From: Candidatus Korobacteraceae bacterium
GTDB lineage: Bacteria; Acidobacteriota; Terriglobia; Terriglobales; Acidobacteriaceae
Length of the DNA: 64,000 nt
Assembly: GCA_050014935.1 (NCBI GenBank)
Contig: JBEKCJ010000021.1
Span: forward strand, 41-64,040
Reading direction: 5' to 3'
Both the position numbers and the translations under genes were made by a program. Shown here in pieces: positions 58,000 to 64,000 of the stretch (position 1 is its first letter; each line of letters begins with the position of its first letter). The notes under the pieces are model-generated. The model was given only the letters and a program-made list of their open reading frames with translations, did not search any database and had not been told where the DNA came from.

Positions 58000-58584
58000 A
58001 TGTCAGAAGACAGCTCAGCCGGCAGTTTTCCTTACGCTATTATGGGCACTCCGCATCGACCAATTATCGAGGCGACAGCCAATGGACAACATTGCCAACT
58101 TGCTCTTGTCTCTGACGGACGAAGTAGCGCGATACCTGAAAGAGAATCGAGTGCTTCGGTGGATGGCTCTGGTATCGTCGATTTGATCGGTAAGGGAAGA
58201 CGGCTGCGAACAGTGCCGGTGCCGTCATGGTCCAAACAATTGCTGGATGCATGGCTCTCGCATTCGGGAGTTACCGAGGGACGAGTGTTCAGAAGGGTTT
58301 CGAAAGCGGGAAAGCGACAGGAGACCGGAGTGACCGCGAACGTGGTCTGGTATGCGGTCAAGCGATGTGCCCGGCAGGCCGGCATTCCCAACCTGGCGCC
58401 CCACGACCTTCGTCGCACCTGCGCCCGCCTGTGCCATGATTGCAGCGGCGAACTGGAACAGATTCGATTTCTGCTCGGTCACGCTTCTGTCCAGACAACG
58501 GAGCGATACATCGGCAGTAAACAGAAACTGCAGGACGCGGTCAATGACCGCTTCGAGATCTCAGTCGCAAGCGACACTGCCTGA
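58000..58584 (+). pseudogene. tyrosine recombinase/integrase, N-terminally truncated fragment
   Basis: The C-terminal catalytic region is intact-looking (VDLIGKGRRLRTVPVP, APHDLRRTCARL, LLGHASVQTTERYI with the catalytic Tyr). The N-terminal SAM-like DNA-binding domain (about 100+ aa) is missing. Homology fades about 140 bp from the serine recombinase start. Confidence 0.6.
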
Positions 58585-58890
58585 AAAACGCGGTGGGCGC
58601 CCTACGTCGTGCAAAATTGGCGATAGCGTCCTTTATCATTCATTGCGATTTGCAGCTTAAAGAGGCCTTGAAGCCTTGCCCTAGATGGTCCAAATTGCAA
58701 GACCGGACTTCTCGCGAGGAGTTGCAACTCGGCCGGTAGTGCATTAAACACCAGAGAAAACCAAACCAATGGTGAAGATTGGTCAACCGTGGGGCTCGGC
58801 AAACCCTAGATTCTCTCGATTGACTTGCACGGATTGATAACCCTAAGATACGCCCAGATTGGAGAAGCCACGGACGCCGCCCACAGCCCG

Positions 58891-61479
58891 ATGACGACAT
58901 CTCGATACCGCATTATCGAGAAGCTCGGCGCGGGGGGAATGGGAGTGGTGTATAAGGCCGAGGACACCCGGCTGGGACGTTTAGTCGCCCTCAAGTTTCT
59001 TCCACCTGAAGGACGGCAGGATGCTCACGCGCTGGCGCGGTTTGAGCGCGAGGCACAGGCGGCATCCGCGCTAAATCACCACAATATCTGCACGGTTTAT
59101 GACATCGGCGAGCAGGACGGCCAGACCTTCATCGCCATGGAACTGCTGGAAGGCGTGACCCTCCAGGAGAAGATGGGGGCGCGTCCGCTGCCGCTCGATG
59201 TGCTGCTCGACTATGCGCTACAGGTTGCCGCGGCCCTGGAGGCTGCGCACGAACACGGGATCGTCCACCGCGACATCAAGCCGTCCAACATCTTTATAAC
59301 CAGCCGAGGTGAGGTGAAGCTGGCCGACTTTGGTCTGGCGAAACGGGTGATGATGGACGGTGCGGCGAAGGGCGAAGCGCCGACCATGTCAGTTTCGATC
59401 ACCGGACGAGGCGCCATTGTCGGAACCGTTGCGTACATGTCGCCGGAACAGGCGCAGGATAAGGATGTCGACTCGCGGAGCGACATTTTTTCGTTTGGCG
59501 TTGTGCTCTACGAGATGGCCACCGGCAAGCGAGCATTCCCGGGAGAATCTGCGGTCACGATTCTTGCCGCGATTCTGCACAAAGATCCGAAGCCGATTCG
59601 CGAGTTGAATGTTCAGGTCAGTGAGGAACTGCAACGAATTGTTTCGAAGACTCTGGAGAAGGATCGGGAGGACCGCTATCAGACAACGCGGGAGTTGATG
59701 GTGGATTTGCGCCGCCTGGCGAAGAAGGAGATAGAACGGCCGGCGGAGTCGTCAAAAGAAAGACGGCCGAGGAAGTGGATTGGGATTGTCGCGGCCATGG
59801 TGGTCTGCGCCGTAGTGGCGTGGATTGCGCTCACCGGGCGCAGTCGGCCCTCCGAGTTTGCGCCATTGCCGATGGAGCAGCTGACGTTTTCGAACGACAG
59901 CAAAGGCCCCTCGATCTTTACCGACGGATCACGCATTTATTTCGTCAGCGGGCAGGCTCCTTTCGAAATGTCCGTCAAGGGCGGCGAGGCGGTGCCTTTG
60001 CGCGCCGCGATCGGCACTATGAGCATTCTCGATATTTCACCCGACGGCTCTGAGTTCCTGCTCTTGCAGAGTGACCTGAACGATGAGACCCAGCGAGGAA
60101 CACTGTGGACTATGCCGGTGTTGGGAGGCGCAGCGAAGCGGCTGGGAAATGTGACGGCGCGCGGAGCGAGCTACTCCCCGGATGGGAAGCTGATTGCGTT
60201 CAACGAAAAGGAATCGGTCTACGTTTGCGATGCCGACGGGAAAAACGTGAAGAAGATTTGGGACACGCACCATATGGTGCCGGGCAATCCTTCCTTTTCT
60301 CCGGACTCTAAGAGAATTCGTGTAACCATCTCGCGAGGCACGCTGGAGGACGATATTACGAGGATCTGGGAGCTCGACGTAGATGGGAGCAATCCTCATG
60401 TACTCGCGCTGCCTGAGCATTGGCCACCAGACTCCGACGTATACGCCGGAATGTGGACAATGGGCGGGAAGCATTTTATTTTTGACTCATCCAGAGATGG
60501 GTCTAATAATATTTACGAATATATCGAGCCATGGTCGCACGTCTGGCGCAAGCCGTATGCAGTGCGGCTGACGCCGGAGCAACCCGAAGTGATCGCGACG
60601 GCGCCGAGCCGGGACGGTGACGGATTGTTCGTCGTGGGACGCACCGCCCAGGGAGCCATGCATTTCTATGACGAGAAGGAAAAGCGGTTTGTACCGTATC
60701 TGGGAGGGTTGGCGGCCGCGCAGGTCGTGATCTCACCGGACCGCAAATGGATGGTGTATTCAGATTATCCGCGAGGTTACTTGTGGCGGTGCAGGCTCGA
60801 TGGCAGCGATAAGCTGCAGCTCACCAACAGTTTATCGCAAATGCCCACGTGGTCCCCGGACAGCCGGTGGATCGCCTATAGCGACTGGAATGAGCTTTAT
60901 CGAGTCAGCGTAGATGGTGGGACTCCGGAGAAGCTGACGTCTGAGGGCTTCCAGGAAGTGCTGCCGAGCTGGTCGCCGGATGGGAAAGCGATCTACTTTA
61001 ACGACTACCCAATCGCGGGACATTTTCGCATTCGAATTCTAGACTTGGCGACCGGCAAGGTGTCGAACATGCCGGGATCGGATGGTTACTATGCGCCGCA
61101 GTGGTCGCCGGACGGGCAGTACCTGGCGGCAATTCAGAACCCACCAAAGAGTCTGGCGGTCTATTCCGTGAAGACCAAGCAATGGGTGCGATTGAAGATC
61201 TTCGAACACGACTGGGGATTCTTTGTGTGGGCGCCGAATTCCAAGTCCATTTACGTAATGCGCGGCCCTGCCGAAGTAGCCACCGGCGAGCCAACCGGGA
61301 TCTACCGGCTAACCGTACCAGAGGGCAAGTGGGAGCTGTACGCAAACTTTACGAGCTTGAGCCCATTAGTGAATGGAGCGCAGGACTTCCTGTCGGTCAC
61401 GCAGGATGGCCACGTCGCGACTATGAGTGATACCAGTGTGACTCAGATTTATCGGATGAGGTGGAACCACGCGGAGTAA
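58891..61479 (+). CDS. Ser/Thr protein kinase - TM - TolB/PD40-like beta-propeller fusion
   Basis: Hanks kinase motifs (GAGGMGVVYKA, VALK, HRDIKPSN, DFG, SPE), one TM helix, then repeated SPDG/SPDS propeller blades. Start set to ATG 58891 (MTTSRYRIIEKLG); the track ORF starts at 58825. Confidence 0.85.
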   Translation: MTTSRYRIIEKLGAGGMGVVYKAEDTRLGRLVALKFLPPEGRQDAHALARFEREAQAASALNHHNICTVYDIGEQDGQTFIAMELLEGVTLQEKMGARPLPLDVLLDYALQVAAALEAAHEHGIVHRDIKPSNIFITSRGEVKLADFGLAKRVMMDGAAKGEAPTMSVSITGRGAIVGTVAYMSPEQAQDKDVDSRSDIFSFGVVLYEMATGKRAFPGESAVTILAAILHKDPKPIRELNVQVSEELQRIVSKTLEKDREDRYQTTRELMVDLRRLAKKEIERPAESSKERRPRKWIGIVAAMVVCAVVAWIALTGRSRPSEFAPLPMEQLTFSNDSKGPSIFTDGSRIYFVSGQAPFEMSVKGGEAVPLRAAIGTMSILDISPDGSEFLLLQSDLNDETQRGTLWTMPVLGGAAKRLGNVTARGASYSPDGKLIAFNEKESVYVCDADGKNVKKIWDTHHMVPGNPSFSPDSKRIRVTISRGTLEDDITRIWELDVDGSNPHVLALPEHWPPDSDVYAGMWTMGGKHFIFDSSRDGSNNIYEYIEPWSHVWRKPYAVRLTPEQPEVIATAPSRDGDGLFVVGRTAQGAMHFYDEKEKRFVPYLGGLAAAQVVISPDRKWMVYSDYPRGYLWRCRLDGSDKLQLTNSLSQMPTWSPDSRWIAYSDWNELYRVSVDGGTPEKLTSEGFQEVLPSWSPDGKAIYFNDYPIAGHFRIRILDLATGKVSNMPGSDGYYAPQWSPDGQYLAAIQNPPKSLAVYSVKTKQWVRLKIFEHDWGFFVWAPNSKSIYVMRGPAEVATGEPTGIYRLTVPEGKWELYANFTSLSPLVNGAQDFLSVTQDGHVATMSDTSVTQIYRMRWNHAE

Positions 61480-61572
61480 GCCTCCTAAGGTCTCAAGTTT
61501 CCAACTTGACAGGAAGTCGGCATCACGGACAAGTGACTCAGCGGCTTGTTTCAGCTTGTCAAAGCCGGTAGT

Positions 61573-61596
61573 GAATGATAAAGGACGTTATCATTC
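61573..61596. terminator. stem-loop terminator candidate between convergent genes
   Basis: GAATGATAA-aggacg-TTATCATTC is a perfect 9-bp stem. It is followed by the T-rich cttatttactgctttg. Confidence 0.45.
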
Positions 61597-61629
61597 CTTA
61601 TTTACTGCTTTGCATTTCGAGCCGAAACC

Positions 61630-62055
61630 CTAGTGACCATTAATAGCAGCAGTTGCGATATCTGAAGCGCTGGAAATCGTGGGGAAAATGCTCATCAGTT
61701 GTGGATGCACCTTCGGATTGCACAAGGAGAAGCTCCCGCCGAGGTAACAAACGACCGCGATTCCCAACTTGGTTGCAAGATCGAGTTTCTCCAAGGGAAC
61801 TTGACAATCAAGAAACATGATCGCTGCCGATTGTTCGCGGAAATAACTATGGCGATAGTCCAGCAGCTGTCCAACCGCCATCCGGAAAGACTCCGTTATT
61901 GAAGGAGGGCCACTAACTTTTAGTTCTCCAAAAAACTGCCGACGAGCGATTGAGAATCGGACATCAATAAAATCTCGCTCAAATTCTGGTTTCAGATCCC
62001 GATCCTCTAGGTACGTCTTCAATTGCTTTTTGTAGCGCTCGTGCCTCTCTAACAC
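61630..62055 (-). CDS. small PD-(D/E)XK-like nuclease-fold protein (hypothetical)
   Basis: 141 aa in lower-GC DNA. FIDVRF...(13 aa)...GELKV fits D...ExK, followed by a QLLDY (QxxxY-like) helix. GTG start 1 nt after the upstream ORF's stop. Confidence 0.45.
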   Translation of the reverse strand: MLERHERYKKQLKTYLEDRDLKPEFERDFIDVRFSIARRQFFGELKVSGPPSITESFRMAVGQLLDYRHSYFREQSAAIMFLDCQVPLEKLDLATKLGIAVVCYLGGSFSLCNPKVHPQLMSIFPTISSASDIATAAINGH

Positions 62056-62056
62056 T

Positions 62057-62560
62057 CTAACCTGTCTCTCCGCAGCAAGGTTGACGTTCTCCGATCACGC
62101 GTTGGCGGTCGTTTAGAGAAAGGCCTGCCCTTATAATCAGCTCGACATCCGATGCCTCTGTAGAAGAAACAGCGCTGTCGTCCTCAAGCGACCAATGTGC
62201 GAACCACGATTGGGGAAGAATGTGATCTACGTCCAGTTGGTCTAGCCCGCCCACAAAGACTTCCTCAGCTTTGATACCGGATGTGTTTCTCACGGATTGT
62301 CGGGGATGGCCGGCGTGGCCAAAGTCGAGGTTGCCGGCAAAGAACGGGCCTGTCCGGAAAGCGACTGACCGTTCACATTCACCACCTGTGCAGAACCCGA
62401 TTGAACAGACGCCTACAAAGTGTCCAGAAAGAACCCGTTTAGGGACGGGCGCCTTGCACGCGGCCGAGAAACGCCCGTTCCACTCTCTTGCCTGAACGCG
62501 TCCCCAGGGCGAAACGTCCCCGTCACCGCCGTTGCGGCGAACCCCGCCCCAAGGCGACAA
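62057..62560 (-). CDS. HNH (DUF1524-like) nuclease fragment, possibly decayed
   Basis: LDVDHILPQSWFAHW resembles the (D/E)H-I-x-P-Q motif of DUF1524/GmrSD C-terminal HNH domains. The N-terminal ~90 aa look non-protein-like, and no DUF262 partner is present. Confidence 0.4.
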   Translation of the reverse strand: MSPWGGVRRNGGDGDVSPWGRVQAREWNGRFSAACKAPVPKRVLSGHFVGVCSIGFCTGGECERSVAFRTGPFFAGNLDFGHAGHPRQSVRNTSGIKAEEVFVGGLDQLDVDHILPQSWFAHWSLEDDSAVSSTEASDVELIIRAGLSLNDRQRVIGERQPCCGETG

Positions 62561-62800
62561 GAATGGGGAAAAATCTGGCTTTTCGTCTTGACGTGCAGTA
62601 GTTTTGTCCTACAGTACATAGGAAATGTGCCCGCGTCGATAACTGTTCTGGATTGTCGCGTGCACTTGTGAGTGGGCAAAGCTCCGACAGGAAAGGTCGA
62701 CCTGTCGCCGGCTCGCCTCCCCCGGTCGTGAGCTCCGCACGACTAAAACTCTCCGCCATGTCGATCGTCAGGCAAGAAGCCGCACAACGGAGGTTTTTCC

Positions 62801-63490
62801 ATGACCAAACAGCCAAGAAACCTAGGGAAATCTGGGGCCAAGGACAAACTGACAGGAGGTTGGGAAACCCCGAGGAACATTCAGCGGCATGAGTCTGCCG
62901 ACATCGACGCTGCATCTTCGAGTCGCCTCAAGTTGTTCCCCGATGTTTCTTCTTCCTTGGTGTCTCGGTTCCTTTTGGTATCAAAGATTTGTCGCCGTCG
63001 GATGGAGCTGTTTTGCCGAAAGAACTATGGCCTTGAGCCAAACGTATTCCTCATCTTATTAGCAGCCAGCGAAGGGCACTTACAACAGGGCGTACTGGCC
63101 AGGAGTCTCGGCATTGACAAGAACGCGATGGTGTTTCTGATCGACAATCTTGAGCTACGACGGCTTATCAAGCGCGTCCCGAACCCCGACAATCGACGCG
63201 AAAGATTTGTTGAATGCACACTCAAGGGCATGCAGATCGTTTTGGAGACAAAGGCTAATTATGCAGAGATCGTCCGCTGGGGATTTTATCCCCTGACTGA
63301 ACTTCAGATAGAACAATTAGGGACATCGCTGACGCAGATCATCGAAGGTAGGCAAGGCCTCCCCTGCCCTCGCTCGATTCTAAGTAAGCGAAGTGCAGCA
63401 CCACGCCGAGTGTCTCGCATAGCTTCGCGCTTTGTAGCCCAGATGGCAAGGACGCCCATGGAGCAAGAGACAACAACTATCTTGCCCTAG
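62801..63490 (+). CDS. MarR-family transcriptional regulator with N- and C-terminal extensions
   Basis: 229 aa with a GGAGG RBS. The winged-helix core is LILLAASEGHLQQGVLARSLGIDKNAMVFLIDNLELRRLIKRVPNPDNRRERFVECTLKG. Confidence 0.8.
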   Translation: MTKQPRNLGKSGAKDKLTGGWETPRNIQRHESADIDAASSSRLKLFPDVSSSLVSRFLLVSKICRRRMELFCRKNYGLEPNVFLILLAASEGHLQQGVLARSLGIDKNAMVFLIDNLELRRLIKRVPNPDNRRERFVECTLKGMQIVLETKANYAEIVRWGFYPLTELQIEQLGTSLTQIIEGRQGLPCPRSILSKRSAAPRRVSRIASRFVAQMARTPMEQETTTILP

Positions 63491-63720
63491 TGAAGATCGG
63501 ACCCGCGCGCCTTTCTGGTTAAGACAGGGCATTCTCGGAAAAAGCGGCAACAGCTGTGGCGAGCACACATCCAACCTTCGTCGGAAACACCAGTTCAACA
63601 ACCCTGACTAAAGACTTGAGCACTCGATGTAACCGCCTGCGACGAGACGGTTGACTTGCCCCTGTTCGTTTCGCGGAATAGACTTCGGGAGCAATGGTCG
63701 CCCCACGCCATTCAGGAGCC

Positions 63721-64000
63721 ATGCTCGGTCAAACGCTGGGCCGGTATCGGATCGTCGAACACCTTGGCGAAGGCGGTATGGGGGTAGTATTCCGCGCCGA
63801 GGATCCAAGACTTGAGCGCGACGTGGCGCTCAAGGTGCTGAAACCGCATGCGCTTCATGACGAGGATTCGAGGCGGAGGTTCCGGCTCGAAGCGCGCGCC
63901 CTTTCGCGACTGCTCCATCCCAACATCGCAACGCTTTTTGATTTCGACTCCGATGAGGGCGTGGACTTCCTGGTGCTCGAGTTTGTTCCCGGCGAGTCCC
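63721..64000 (+). CDS. Ser/Thr protein kinase, N-terminal part (runs off the window)
   Basis: Not in the ORF track (no stop). My translation from ATG 63721 is MLGQTLGRYRIVEHLGEGGMGVVFRAEDPRLERDVALKVLKP...LLHPNIATLFDF, i.e. Hanks subdomains I-IV. Confidence 0.8.
   Translation, partial: MLGQTLGRYRIVEHLGEGGMGVVFRAEDPRLERDVALKVLKPHALHDEDSRRRFRLEARALSRLLHPNIATLFDFDSDEGVDFLVLEFVPGES

Larger units (their letters stand above)
56276..58584. mobile_element. integration hot spot / element remnant at the 3' half of tRNA-Glu (right boundary not identified)
   Basis: A serine recombinase gene abuts and overlaps the tRNA 3' half. It is followed by an N-terminally truncated tyrosine integrase. I found no second copy of the tRNA 3' half in the window. 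Confidence 0.5.

Noticed and set aside
1-64000. CRISPR arrays, rRNA genes, reverse transcriptases (retron/DGR), and phage structural or toxin-antitoxin modules
   Set aside because: No regularly spaced direct repeats with unique spacers, no rRNA-like sequence and no RT motifs were seen in any listed ORF or in my reading of the gaps. No capsid, terminase or TA-like pairs were seen either.

Overview
High-GC bacterial chromosomal segment. Gene content (Ser/Thr-kinase/beta-propeller fusions, a DUF3300/DUF2950 pair, abundant hairpin repeats) suggests Acidobacteriota, but this is inference only. About 55 protein genes, mostly on the minus strand. Left third: a cNMP-domain TrxR-like oxidoreductase, a DUF47-PiT phosphate pair, an M61 peptidase, ECF sigma/anti-sigma, Tat-metallophosphoesterase-cupredoxin-DUF2231, DUF2950-DUF3300, and envelope/lipid genes (DUF481, DUF4105, a PlpD-like patatin autotransporter). 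Middle (16.9-33.7 kb): a ~17-kb co-directional gene array. It starts with a sensor kinase and a NarL-type regulator. It also contains secreted proteins, a receiver-only regulator, an octaheme cytochrome-TPR protein, an anaerobic sulfatase maturase, one intact and one disrupted arylsulfatase, and two outer-membrane barrels. Five copies of one palindrome (ACTGTCGC-TT-GCGACAGT) sit in its intergenic gaps; this is the most system-like unexplained signal I can see. Right third: an OmpA-like protein, a 1051-aa cPLA2/patatin-like lipase split by a ~10-helix membrane insertion, FKBP, an isolated lower-GC GIY-YIG gene, hbd-fabI, malQ, a ppiD-like gene, a radical SAM gene, and the imuA-imuB-dnaE2 mutasome (dnaE2 carries in-frame repeat insertions). 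Then comes tRNA-Glu(CUC), followed by an integration hot spot: a large serine recombinase whose ORF ends inside the tRNA, and a truncated tyrosine integrase. After that are Ser/Thr kinases and a lower-GC HNH + PD-(D/E)XK nuclease pair beside a MarR gene. No CRISPR array, rRNA or intact prophage was seen. All family calls come from motif recognition by eye; no searches were run, start codons are approximate, and GC statements are visual impressions.
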